Positions 40,249 through 52,556 of a DNA stretch of 64,000 nt are shown piece after piece (the stretch's first letter is position 1; each line of letters opens with the position of its first letter). The stretch comes from Vicugna vicugna (Eukaryota): positions 1,426,001 to 1,490,000 of the forward strand of contig MU058221.1 of assembly GCA_013265495.1 (NCBI GenBank). The letters are read 5' to 3'. Made by a program: the position numbers and the translations under genes. Under the pieces are notes generated by a model. It was not told the DNA's origin, did not search any database, and saw only the letters and a list, made by a program, of their open reading frames with translations.

Positions 40249-41205
40249 GTCTTTCCCCTATTGCACATGGCTGCCTCCATTGTCACAGGCTAATTGATCA
40301 TAAGTGTGTGGATTACTTCTGGGCGCTCTATTCTGCCTTGTTGATCGATGTGTCTGTTTTGTACCAGTGCCATACTGTTTTGATTACCAGAGCTGTGCAA
40401 TATAGTCTGAAGTCAGGCAGCGTGATAGCTGTTCTTTCTCAAGGTTGTTTTGCTCTTCCTCCAGCTTTGTTCTTTCTGAAATTTGCTTTGACTCCCCAGG
40501 GTCTATTGTGGTTCACAAATTTTAGGATTATTTGTTCTAGTTCTGTGAAAAACGCCATGGGTATTTTGATAGGGATTGCATTGAATCTACACATTGCTTT
40601 GTAACAATATCAATTCATGCAAGAGTGAACAATATTTATCTTTTCATTTATTTATGTTGTCTTTAATTTCTTTTATCAATGTCATATATTTTTCTTTTTG
40701 TCTCCTTGGTTAAATTAAATCCTAGGTATTTTTTCTTTTAATTTGATTAAATGAGATTGTTTTCTTAATTTCTCCTTCTAATAGTTATTATTAGTGTATA
40801 GAAATACAACACATCTCTGTATTATTTTTTACCCTGAAATTTCACTGAATTTATGTATTAGTTCTAATCGATTTTGGTGGAATGTTTAGTTTTTCCAAAT
40901 AGTGTATTATGTCATATGCAAATAGTGACAATTTTCATTCTTCCCATCCAATGTGGATGTCTTTATTTATTTTTCTTATCTGAGTGTTTTGGTGAGGACT
41001 TCAATACTATGTTAAATAGTCTTGGCAAGAACAGTCTTGCTCCTCATCTTAGAGGAAATGCTTTTAGCTTTTCACAATAGAGGAAGATGTTAGCTGTGGT
41101 TTTGTCATAAATTGCCTTCACTCGGGTGAGATATTCTCCCTCTACAACAACTTTGTTGAGGGATTATTTTTTAATCACAAACAGATGTTGAATTTTGACA
41201 CATGT
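40249..41205 (-). mobile_element. LINE-1 ORF2 (RT region) fragment, antisense
   Basis: 'gtaccagtgccatactgttttgattac', 'gggattgcattgaatctac', 'cttagaggaaatgcttttagc', 'gatgttgaattttg'. Confidence 0.9.
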
Positions 41206-42165
41206 TTTGACAAAACATACAAATGGTCAATAGGCACATGAAAAAATGCTCAGTATCACTAATTATCAGAGAAATGCAAACCAAAACTACAATGAGGTAT
41301 CACCTCACACCAGTGAGACTGGCCATCATCAAAAGTCCACAAACTATAAATGCTGGAGAGGCTGTGGAGGAAAGGGAACCCTCCTACACTGTTGGTGGGA
41401 AAGTAGTTTTGCACAGCCACTGTGGAAAACAGTGTGGAGATTCTCAAAAGACTAAAAATAGACTTACCGTATGACCCAGGAATCCCACTCCTGGGCATAT
41501 ATCCAGAGGGAACCTTAATTCAAAAAGACACCTACACCCCAATGTTCATAGCATCACTATTCACAATAGCCAAGACATGGAAACAACCTAAATGTCCATC
41601 AATAGATGACTGGATAAAGAAGCTGTGGTATATTTATACAGTGGAATACTATTCAGCCATAAAAAAGAATAAAATAAAATTTGCAGAAACGTGGATGGAC
41701 TTCATTCTAAGTAAAGTAAACCAGAAAGAGAAAGAAAACAACCATATGATATCACTTATATGTAGAATTTATAATAAAAAAAAGACAAACTTATTTACAA
41801 AACAGAAAGATTCACAGACATAGAAAACAAACTTATGTTTACCTAGGGGGAAAGGGGGCTTGAAGGGATAAATTGGGAGTTTGAGATTTGCAGATACAAA
41901 CTACTTTATAAAACAGATAAACAACAAGTTCATACTATATAGCACAGGGAACTAGACTCAATATCTTACAGTAACTTATGGTGAGAAAGAATATGAAAAC
42001 AAAGCTTGTATGTTCATGTGTGACTGAAGCACTGTGCTGTGCACCACAAATTGACACAACATCCTAAACTGACTATGTATTTTACTGTATTTTATTGTAT
42101 ACTTCAGTAAAACTGTGTATTATATTTTATTGTAGAGTTCGATAAAATATATATTCATTTTAAAA
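41206..42165 (+). mobile_element. Younger L1: ORF2 C-terminus and 3' UTR
   Basis: ORFs 41223..41474 and 41422..41823 ([15 protein letters not shown]...[22 protein letters not shown]...PMFIASLFTIAKTWKQPKCPS) are close to the L1 ORF2 C-terminus; camelid-like 3' UTR. Confidence 0.93.
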
Positions 42166-42966
42166 AGAACATTTCGGGGAATAACAATGGAAAATAAAGA
42201 AGAATAATCATGATCATACCAAAGACCTCAAAACCAAGCAGGGAAAATCACCAACACAGATCAGCTGCAAGATAAAATAGCTCGTGGTAAGAGGACTCTT
42301 ATTTACCATTAAGGAAAAAAACAAAACAAAAAATGATACACAAAAATGGGATTTTCCAGGTAATGAAAGCTTTGCCAAAGGAGGTTTACAAGGACAAAGG
42401 ATCAAAATGCTCATGTAAGCTTTGCCCAGGGAGAAGGCACCGTGCTTTGCGACAGAATGGGTTGCTTGTAACGGATACTGTGATGTCATTACACCCATGA
42501 TTCAGAGAAGGGAAGGACAATAGCTACATTAAAGGAAAGTTACGTAAAGAAGGAAAGAAATCAACTCTTAGTTTCGCCTAAGCATGAAGGAACAATAATT
42601 AAAAGGTAAATGTTTTATTACAAATAAGAAATTTCCAAAACTTAGCACTTTACTGATATAAAATGGAATGAGCCAAGCTTTGAGATTGTTATTTGCTTCT
42701 CGGCGGCTTTGTTTCAACAATGGTGGCGCGAATGTTGCTGGTGTTGCTGTGGATTTCTTTACCAGATAAGATGAATTAGATAGTTTTCACCATTCTTCAA
42801 ATTTGAAGATTGTTTGTTCCATGAAACATGTATAGAGAATATTCTGATCTCAGCGGGAACTAAAAGCTTAACTTTCCCAGTTCAATTGCAAAGTGCATAA
42901 GAATCCAGCCCATTAAAGCCCATGGACTGTAAAATCTTTTCTTTATCCCCGTAGGAAGGGCTAGAG

Positions 42967-43750
42967 CAGGGCTGTCCAGCAGAGACATCACGTCAGCCAC
43001 AACATAGTGTCCCATTTTCTAATGGCAGCATTTTAAAAAATAAAAAGAAACATTTTTAGTCAATGATGACATTTTACTAATGTATTTGATTTCTCCCAAA
43101 GTATCAAACTATGATCATTTCCATAAATAATAAATATGTTAAAAACTACCGATGACCTATTTTACAATGTTTTTTGTATTGAGTCTTCAAAGTCTGATGT
43201 GTATTTTACATTTAAAGAAGACGTCAATTTAAACAATTTTTTTTACTGTAATACCAATTACATTTAGATTTTTTTGCCGAGGTAAGAGCCCTTAGGAGAT
43301 CTAATTTCTTTACAATTTTAATATACAGTTTTGTTAACTATAGGCTTAATATTGTACAGCGGATCTCAGAATTTATTCATCTTGCATAAGTGAAACTTTC
43401 TGCACATTGAATGGTGACTTCCAATTTCCTCCTCCTCTCAGCCCCTGGCAACCACCATCTACCCCCTATTTCTATGATTCTATTTTAGATCAGAAGGAAG
43501 AATCTGTAAACTTGAGGACAGATAATGTGAAACTATACAGTCAGAAGAGCAAAGAGAAAAAAAATTAAGTAGAATGAAGAAAACTTGAGAAAGATGTACA
43601 CTTAGATTTCACAAATTTACAGTTAAAAATGTAGATTCTTATACCTAAATTGTTCAGACCTTAAAGTTTTCCTATTACTGAATCGCATAGCAGTTTTTAA
43701 AGTTGAGTGCAAAATAATTGAAACAAAGTAAAATTTGCAACTCAGACTTT
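42967..43750. mobile_element. hAT-Charlie DNA transposon remnant (MER3/MER33/Charlie5-like), split by an L1 insertion
   Basis: Starts 'cagggctgtccagcagagaca...cagccaca'; contains 'gtcttcaaagtctgatgtgtattttaca'; resumes at 43597 with 'cttagatttcacaaatttacagtt'. Confidence 0.65.
43272..43596 (-). mobile_element. Short 5'-inverted L1 insertion with 13-bp TSD
   Basis: TACATTTAGATTT (43259-43271) and TACACTTAGATTT (43597-43609) flank an antisense L1MA-like 3' UTR (to about 43490) and a sense ORF1-like piece ('gaaggaagaatctgtaaacttgaggacag'). Confidence 0.7.
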
Positions 43751-44739
43751 CAGCTCAAATGCATCAAATTGCACACATTAAATATGGGCAGTTCTTGGTA
43801 GACAATTTGTACCTCAATAAAACCGCTGAAGAAAAATCTCAGACCTTCAGCTGCAGCAGACGCGAGTTCCCAATGGCCGCGTGTGCTTGAGTAGCTGCCT
43901 TGTCAGACAGAAGAGGGCTCGAAGCACCCGGCTGTCTCCACCACCGCAGGGAGCCCTGGGGAACTTCCCTTGATGGGCGGGTTGGGAAGAACTGAAAAGG
44001 ATACTCTAGAGCAGAGCTGAAATGGGAATTACAGTCAAGAGCCATTACTCTAGGAGAACTGAACTTACTCCTACTCCTCAAACATGTTATTTTAGCTTTT
44101 TCATGCTTTTTTTTTTCCCCTAAGAATGATGTCTATTTCTTATTACCGTCAAGATACTGACCTTGTCCGTGTTTTTATACGGGCTCTGTGAAACCTGTGA
44201 CTTTGCCGTATTTTTACCTGAAAGAAATACACAAACACTTATTATTCAGTTAGCACTGCACGACCTTCATGTCATTTAACATACACAACAAATCTGTGAC
44301 GTGGCGTGTGAGGAAATGGCAGCCCAGCAAGGGTGAGAGCTAGGAAGCATCAGGACCAGAAATCAGACCGCGCACCTTTGCTGAACTAGACTCTTAATCG
44401 ACACTGTGACACGGTATTGGACAGCGTGGACCATCGACCACAAGAAGAGGCACAAGAGCAGATGAGGCTGTGGAGGAAAGCCACGGAAACTCACTCTGCT
44501 CGTAACACGCGGGGGAAGTGTCCACTGCCCCCCCCACACACACAGTCAGTCACTGCAGTTGAGGGATGGGACATAGGGTTAGGGAACGCTTATAAACTGA
44601 TGCCTGCACTTGCATCACCAATGTTATATAAATAAGCAAGGGTATTAAAGACAGAAGCATCCTGTATTTTCCTGAGATTGCACTGCAGAAGAGAAGTCAG
44701 GTCTTGGCGCTGTTTTCCATGTACCTCACACGCTGGCGG

Positions 44740-45135
44740 GTGGTCGGGGATGGATTACAGTTTTAAACAGAATCCCCAGAAAAGTCCTCACTTAAGAGTG
44801 ACATTTAGCAAAGGCTGAAAAGAGCGGAGGGAGGGGTCAGTTTGTGTGGAGGGGAGGAGGTGGGGGAGGAGAGAAGGTGTTTAGCAAGTGAGCTCAAAGT
44901 GCCACTGTCTAAGGCGGACTAAGGACAAGATGTTCCTGCAACAAGGGGGCCGGTGAAAAGGACCAGAGAGAGCAGACGTGTGGGATGCGAGAAGGGCCAG
45001 AGGTAGAAGATTATGCACGGAATGTGGGCCATTGAAAGTGTTACGGAGTCTACTCCTTTCTCTGAATTTGGGAGCCTTTAGAAAGTCGTGAACAGAAGAG
45101 TAACTTGATCTGACCTTCCATTTCAAAGAATTCCT
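44740..45135 (-). mobile_element. LINE-2 fragment
   Basis: 'aagtcctcacttaagagtgacatttagcaaaggctgaa', 'gatctgaccttccatttcaaag'. Confidence 0.6.
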
Positions 45136-46849
45136 AGAAAAGTGGGAAACGGGGAAGGATGGGCTATGGAACATGGTTGGCAGATGCTGGTGATGGTTGA
45201 AGCTTGTGATGGACACGCGGTGGCTTCTTCCATTCTCCCTTTTTTTTTATTCTTGTTTGAAAATTAAAAGTAAAACAAACAAAAAGATTTTACGTTGAAA
45301 ACAGATTAGAGAATGGTGCTTGAGAGCATCTCGGGGGAGGCCGTTTCAATGCGAGTGGTGAGAAATGGCCGCGTCTCAGGTCAAACCAGTGGGAGACATG
45401 AGAATTGAGACAGAGCCAGGTTTTAAAAGTAAAGCCAGAAACACTCGCTACAAGAATTAAATGTGTTTAGATTCTGGCTTCCTTTTTTTTCTCAACTTTA
45501 ATGCACTTCTATTATTTATTTCTGTATCGTTTACCCCAGGATTTTCACACTATCGAGCCAAAGATGGTGATAATCAGATTTTAAAAAATGAAATATTTAT
45601 CATTCTCTTTTTATTTTTGCTTCCACGGGGCTTATTTAACCTTTAGCGATGTGACTGTAATTAAAGGTGTTTTATGCAGTTGGCAGGAGCTGAGTCTCTC
45701 TCCTGTCCAGGTTTATGAATTCCAGTCACCAGGGTCCCATTTAAGCCAAGACTCTTGGTCTGTCACTACTCTTGAGAGAGAACCAGTGGCTCACTCAACA
45801 GCTCTCTTTGTTCAAATAATGCCATCTGTTGTTCGCCAAGCTGCACTAGAGCTTCACCTGCACAGAAGGATTTTGCCATAAATTACACCTGTCCAGCCCG
45901 TGTTTCTGCATTCTAACGGAGAAGAGGCTGCTCCAGATGTTGGAAACACAGATGAATGAGGTCTACGGGAAAAAAACAAAATTAAAGGCATGAAATTAGT
46001 TTATCTTCCTCTGTTAAAGAGAAAGGTCAATTTATTAGATAGCCCTGTCTTTCTGAAACATTATTTACTTGGGTAAAATTTGAAGATGGAAGGTTAAATA
46101 TATTCAGCACTAGACCCAGACATGGACATTACGTCCTGTCTATTCTCAAGATGAAAACTAACATGATGGAGAACCAAGGAATATGAACAATGCCGGGAAA
46201 ATGTATATGATAAAAATGTTTAATAGGATAACTAAGATCTTAAGAAAAAGAGAGAAAGTGTAGGCAAAGGAACACCAACCAGAACTGAGAAGCAACTCCA
46301 AGTCACACATCTAAGTACAGAAGCCGATCGTGTGGCTTCCCTGGAAAGCTGAGTGGAGGGAAGTATGGGTCTCGGTGACCCGAGGGCTTTGGGCTGAGTG
46401 ACAAGGGTGGGGGAGACAGTAGGAGCAGAGCTGGACTGTCCCCAGAGAGAAATGGGGAAATAGGAAGGAATCATCCTCCACCGCAGGGTGGTGACAAGGA
46501 AGCTCGTCCGTCTCTCTGGACTCTCACAGGGAAAAGAAGGCTTCTCCTAAATTACATAATTCCACAGCGTAGGCACCCATCGAGTTTAGGAATGATTTCA
46601 CAGTGCACACATAGATCCAGAGTTTTGAAGATGAGAAATGAGCGCAATGATTCGTTCTAGGCAGATAACATCACCAGGGCGCTTTTTAGGAAGCAGATGT
46701 GTAACCCATAACAGAGGCGCTCCAGGACCTCAGTCCAGAGGGCACGATCATCTTCAACTGCTCTCCGAAACATGAGTCCAAGAGACAACATCACGAAAGA
46801 CAGGAGGAAATGACTCGCTACGGCTGAATCGGGCATCCCAGACTGCACG

Positions 46850-47450
46850 ATCAGGGCGCTCAGATCTTCAGTAATAAAGGAGTGATCAAACATGAACATG
46901 AAAACTTACCTAAGAACTTGAAAAGATAATAAGTACCCTGAAAAAAAAACCTACATACTGAGAAGAAAAAAAGGAAAAATTTGAAAAAGAAAGAGGTGAT
47001 GGTTTTAGAGAAGAAAAAAATATATAATCACTGCAAAAGAAAAATAAACGGAAAGAGACGAGAGGACAAGGTATGAGACACGGAGTGTGCGATTGGCATT
47101 AGCACAAGAAAGAGCAGAAGGAACAGGATAGGAGATCTTGAAAGTCACAACCAAAAATCTTCCAGAATTGATGACAAACATAAATTCTCAAACTCTACAT
47201 GCACACATTTCTGGGCGACATAAAGAAGCATAACATGTCTGAGAGATCTAGAACGTCTACAGTCTTGATGAGATCGAAAAATCCTGACAGTGACAAGAAA
47301 GTCAAGACTCGTTACCTGAAAACAAATGCAAAGCTGATCCCAGGCTTCCAGCAACAACAGAGACCAGAAGGTAGCGACACGGGGCCATCAAAGTGCTTAC
47401 GGAGGAGCCATCAGCTTCAATTTCTGAATTATATGTGTAAAGCACAGATA
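46850..47450 (+). mobile_element. Ancient L1 ORF1-like (L1M/HAL1) fragment
   Basis: A-rich; 'aaatcttccagaattgatgacaaacataaattctca', 'gcttccagcaacaacagagaccagaagg', 'catcaaagtgct'. It may extend 5' to about 46200. Confidence 0.5.
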
Positions 47451-47584
47451 AATTATATTTATAAATTATACACTTAGAAGAATAAAACTGATGTGACTCC
47501 AGATGAAACGGTGGAGTTCGCCAAGCAACGCAGGCTTTCGCTTTGTTATTTTCTGTGTGTTTAAAATGTTAATAAAAACAATTA

Positions 47585-47697
47585 ATGAGTGTGTATATGT
47601 CCATGTATGACTGAAAAATTGTGCTGAACACTGGAATTTGACACAACATTGTAAAATGATTGTAAATCAATAAAAAATGTTAAAAAAACAAAAAAAA
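47585..47697 (+). mobile_element. Very short young L1 3' tail
   Basis: Near-identical to 4787-4892, with AATAAA and an A-rich tail. Confidence 0.88.
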
Positions 47698-48384
47698 TTG
47701 AATGGAAGTTTATGAAAATTTGAATAAAGAAAAAAGGATGAGGTAAAAAAAATTAATTGTTCAGAAACAAAATAAAAATGTTTCTGATTATCTTAAACTG
47801 AAAAAGAAAGGGGAGGCCAAGTCATTGGAAAGTGTCTGGGTATTGCATGGAGCAGGTCGATAAAACACAGGAGGGAGAAGAAACAGGACGTTTTTCGATG
47901 CTGCAGCAGCAGGAGTTAGGGCTTTTCTGCCCCGTCACTCTACCATCAACGTGACTCAGCTCCACAGTTTTCATTCACTCTTCCATCTGTTCTAATTTTT
48001 CAGGCAACTTTGTATCAATCATTCATTATTAGGAGCTCAAATGCATTGAGACCCATTTCCATAAAAGAGAAAATTATTGTGAATCAATTTTTTACTGTGT
48101 GAATTTTTTGCTAAATTCTATCTTTTTCTGCTTGTCACATACGTTTCTTCTGCTCCATGTAAAGATTGCTTAATAGGATCCGCGCTTAGATACTGCTGCA
48201 AACGCGCTGCCTGTCTCTACAATGGAAAGCAATTCCAAATGACGTCCGGGTCCCAAATTCAGATTTGATGCGAATGGACCACTCTTGTCCACATACAGAT
48301 TCCGTGGACAAATGACACCTTAGCCTTGATCAGATTGTGACATGATACTTATTGTTTATTTCACTAAGGACCATTGATATGACA

Positions 48385-49610
48385 TTAAATTCATTTATAT
48401 TGGTCCCTTTTTATGTGCCAGGCACTGTAATCAATATTGAGGGTAGATTAGTAAACAAAATTTTACATTTTTTTGTGGAAGGGGAAAACACTAAACGACA
48501 TTTTTAAAGTAAAGGTGCATTAATAGAGTGTGTTAGAATTTAGTAACACTGGGGAAGAAAAAACAGACTCGGATAAAGGGTATTAAAAATTCATGGAGTG
48601 GGATGGCAGCTTCAATTTTATTTCAGGGTGAGTTTATCGAAAAAGTGACATTTAAGCAAACATTGAACAAAGCAAAGACATTAGACATGTACCATCTGAG
48701 TGAAGATTCCTACCAGCAGAGGGAAGGCCAGTGCCATGGCCCCAAGGTGAGAGGGCAGAGCGAAGGGCTGACTCGGAGAGGAAGTTTAGAGGGGGAGTGG
48801 AGATTCAGGTTGTCATGTGTCACGTTAAAGCCTCCGTAAGGATGTTGGCTCTTGCTCTGTGCAAGAGGGCGAGCCTTGATAGGTGTGATGGGTTGGACTG
48901 TATCCCCTCAAAATTCATATGTTGAAGCCCCAACCCCCCCAGGACCTCAGAATGTGACATTATTTGGAACTAAGATCGTTGTCAATGAGATCATTAGGGT
49001 GAGCACTGATCCAGTCTGACCAGTGTTCTTATCAAAAAGGGAAATCAGGAGACAGAGACACACGAAGGGAGGCTGCCGCATGAAGGGGACAGAAATGGGG
49101 GTGATGCTTCTTAAGCAGATACGTAGCGATACAGCTGGCAAACCCCCGGAATCCAGGAGAGAGATGTGGGACAGGTTTTCTCCCAAAGCCTGCAGAGGGA
49201 ACCAGCCCTGCGAACACTTTGATCTTGGCCTTGTAGCTTCTGGAACCATGACAACACAAACATAAATTAAAGGCACTCAGTTTGTGGCACTGTGTTACAG
49301 CAGTCTAGCAAAATCACACAGTGAACATTGAACAAAAGAGTGAAGATTTCCAAGGGTCCCCTGGCTCTTACGCTGGGTGGGAGAGGCAAGAATGGAAGCG
49401 AGATGACTGTTGGCGAGCTCTTCCATGAAGACCAGCAAGAAATCTGAAGGACCCAGACCAGGGTTGAAGTTCAAAATCGATCAGAGGCTGAATCTATTTT
49501 GAAAGCACAGCCAAAAAAGATTTCTTGGCGGACTGAATGTGGGCTGTGAAGAAAGAAAGGATTCAAGGATAACTCTGAGGTTCCTGGCGTGAACTGAGAT
49601 GCCGCGGCAG
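48385..49610 (-). mobile_element. LINE-2 3' region interrupted by MLT1
   Basis: 'tatgtgccaggcactgt', 'aaagtgacatttaagcaaa'; resumes after 49320 ('gaatctattttgaaagcacagcca', 'tcaaggataactctgaggtt'). Confidence 0.7.
48884..49320 (+). mobile_element. Near full-length MLT1 (B/C-like) solo LTR
   Basis: TGTGATGGGTTGGACTGTATCCCCTCAAAATTCATATGTTGAAG ... CAGTTTGTGGCACTGTGTTACAGCAGTCTAGCAAAATCACACA. Confidence 0.88.
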
Positions 49611-51259
49611 AGTTAGGAGTGAAATTAATTTGCCCTTGGAACTAATAATGGGACGATGTGCCAATATTCATGCCATTCTCTTAACATTTAATCCTACGTA
49701 TAATGTAAGCGTTAGACCTGTTCTCTGCCATTTGCCAGCATCCTTGGGAAAACCCATGCTCCTGAATGGTCCTCATTTTCTTGATTATAAGTATCCTGTG
49801 TTGGGTCATTTTCTTGGGAGATCTCTATTTTGGAAAACGATCAAGAATGCAATCTATACAAGAATAACAGACGGCTTTGTAAAATAGCGGAAAGGCAACG
49901 GCTTGTACGGACAGGCGCCCAGAGGACAGCCTGCAATTTCCAGGACGCACATTGTGGGCGAGTCAGCACCGGCTGCCACAACCATTAACACTGAGCAAAT
50001 CCCTTGTGCCTCAGTGCCTTGTAGAACTGAACACGATCGCTTCATTTCGCCTAGAAAAAATAACGTCCTCAAAAATGTCCGTCTTTCCTGGAATTATCCC
50101 ATATCCGCAGAAGTATGATCCCCGTCCATAACATGACGGAAAAATCAGTGAGGCCACAGATGAAATTTGCATCATTTTCCCTTAAGATGGGAACCTATGA
50201 GTTTATGAAGTAAGCAACATACAGCTGTACCCACAGTGGTAGTTGCACATTTTTTCACGTGACAGGTACCTGAAAATACAATAAAAACTCCAGCTAAATC
50301 TATTAAAAGACTTCCAAGAGGGTATGTTTACTTGGAAAAATTAGACAGCAATTCCTGAAACAGAAGGTCGGGAAATCATTTCAAGGACGTTGTGCAAAGA
50401 CTGACTTCTCTGGATGGGTCCCAACATTGCGCTAAAAGCATAAAACCTCCAGGGTCTAAAGCAGAGGGACCTTCCCCAAGAGAAGATGAGGCTGCAGTCA
50501 CAGCAAAACTGGGAGCAGATGCCGGGGGCGTAGAAGGTGGGCCTGAAGTCCCCGGGAGGGCTTTGAAGCTGCTGAGGAAGCTTTGAAACTGAGACTCGAT
50601 GATGGGCATAAGGGGCATCTGCTTACAAGAACACGTCAGCTTCCATTTAGAGGCCCCGCGGCACTGCGTCCTGCAGGCAAAAGTCAGCATCCCCCAGACT
50701 GCCTCGGAGCTGCGGCTCCGATGGCGAATTTGGTTCTAGATGTGAGGCGCACTCACAGGAGGTCAGACGTGTAGGAGCGGCCGTCTGGTATCTCTTTGGC
50801 TACTGCTCTTGACGGGGAGAATTTTGAAGGCACTGGGTCTAAAGAAAGAAAGAAAGTATATATAGAAAGAAATATAGAAAGAAAAAAGTATAAAAAAGAA
50901 AGTAGCGTGCTGAGGCAGAAAAGCTGGGAGTCAGCCTGGTGACGTTTATGCTGGTTCCACATGCAGTTTCACTAGCTCAGACCACAATGGTTTATGGTAA
51001 GTTTATTTATTTATTATTATTATTATTTTTTTTTTGTATTTTCAATTTCAAAAGCTAAACTGCAGAGAGGACTACTAGATCGTTTTGTTTCTCCAGGGGG
51101 AGAAAATTCTTGGTCATTGTCTTGTCAGAAAGAAAAGAATTCAGACCACAAGTTGCACTTGTTGGATCTGCTTCGGCTGCTGGGGGTCGGGCGTGTAAAG
51201 ACAGTGGCCGCCTCCGAAGGGCTGCCGTCATCTGGGCACGCCTCGCCTCTTTCCTTCTT

Positions 51260-51855
51260 TTTTTTTCTCCTGTGTTAGACAGGGTCTGGCCAAAGATGGT
51301 GGAGCCATCCTTCCAGGTAAGACCATACGCCACACTGAGGCCCTGGAATGCGTCTAGGTACCCATCCAGGTTCTCCAAGTAGCTTCTCAGCTCAGCGGGA
51401 ATTTTCTCCCATTCTATCAAAGAGAGCAGCTTATGGATATGCTGAGGGCCCGATTCTCCACCTGCTTCCACCAGGGGGCAGGTTTTAGCTGCTTGAGCAA
51501 CGCGGGGACGCATCGGGGTACACGCGCGGAAAGCAAGGGGTACACGGCAGGGTGAGCGGGGGAGGGCGTGGGTTTAGGGGAGTCCCTCCCTCTAGGGGGC
51601 GCCAAGGATGCAGGGTCCTGGAAGCAACCATTGCCAGGGTGCTGACTTGGCGTCTTTTTAGAAGATAATCTCTGTCCCTCAGCAAACAGAAGTCTTGGAT
51701 ACGTGGTATTTCAGAGCTCTCGTCTTGCCTTTTGCAAAGAGATGAAGCTGGAGCAAGGTGGCTGGATTTATGCTCCCACTTGTGGTCCACGTTGGTTTTG
51801 CGGCCAAGATGTGTCCCAGGAGAGTCCCAGCAGGCATTGGTTGTTGGCTTCCCAT
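51260..51855 (-). pseudogene. gag: Decayed class I ERV gag (MA, Pro-rich region, CA N-terminal domain)
   Basis: ATG at 51855 gives MGSQQPMPAGTLLGHILAAKPTWTTSGSINPATLLQLHLF; after a frameshift, CKRQDESSEIPRIQDFCLLRD (compare HERV-W/HERV-9-type [40 protein letters not shown]). Then CPLVEAGGESGPQHIHKLLSLIEWEKIPAELRSYLENLDGYLDAFQGLSVAYGLTWKDGSTIFGQTL (compare CPLQAVGGEFGPARVHVPFSLSDLKQIKIDLGKFSDNPDGYIDVLQGLGQSFDLTWRDIMLLLNQTL). Reference sequences are from memory. Confidence 0.88.
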
Positions 51856-52535
51856 TTAAAACAAGGGCAGGATATCGGGGAGGGGGTGTCCTCAGAGCTC
51901 AGTGTCCCAAGTTCAGAACCCGTGGGCAAGCCTGACGTCTCAGCCTTCCATCTGCAACCAGAAGTGTTTTGGAAAGTGGCCACGGACTGGGAGGGTCCGG
52001 GGTCCCAAGATCAGGGTCCACAGATGGAGGACAGAGATGAGTACATAAAGGCCACAGAGCCTTGGGACTGGCCAGGGCAAGGGTTGCTCCTGGAACTGAC
52101 ACCTCAGACAACGCACACGTGTGTGAGTCTGTGGATAATCCCAGCCTTTGAAAAGCGGCTGAGAAGCAGGAGTTTTGCAGCAGAAGGGGAACAGTGCGGC
52201 ACGAGTGAGTCGGAAGGCAACAGAAACCACAGGGAGGCCGACAGGCTGGTGCTGGAAAACTTCACGAGCTGCGGGAGGCAGAGAGCAGTTGTGCAGCAAG
52301 TGCAGTGCAGACCAGCGGCCTGGCGTGAGTTTGCTGCGGCTCTGCTGTGTCGTCCCGCCCAGCGATGCTCCTGGAGCGGCTGCCACCTGTGCGGCCCGGG
52401 AGCCGGGAGCTTCTCGGCCAGAATGACAGGGCGAAGGGAGAGCGAGAGGGAGAGCAGAGCTGAGGTCGGAGCGCGGAGAGCGAGGAGAGAGCCCCCGGAG
52501 GGCGCTGGAAGAGTAGCAGGAGGCCCGGAGCGAGG

Positions 52536-52554
52536 AGCCGAGTCAGGGACGACA
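52536..52554 (-). other. Degenerate retroviral primer binding site, tRNA-His-like
   Basis: Minus strand TGTCGTCCCTGACTCGGCT versus PBS-His TGGTGCCGTGACTCGGAT (14/18 with one gap), 2 nt after the putative LTR-terminal CA. Confidence 0.5.
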
Positions 52555-52556
52555 GG

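Noticed and set aside
40249..42165. Single twin-primed L1 spanning both orientations (AAAGAAC at both ends)
   Set aside because: The 7-bp match is weak and the antisense part looks more diverged than the sense part, so they are listed as separate elements.
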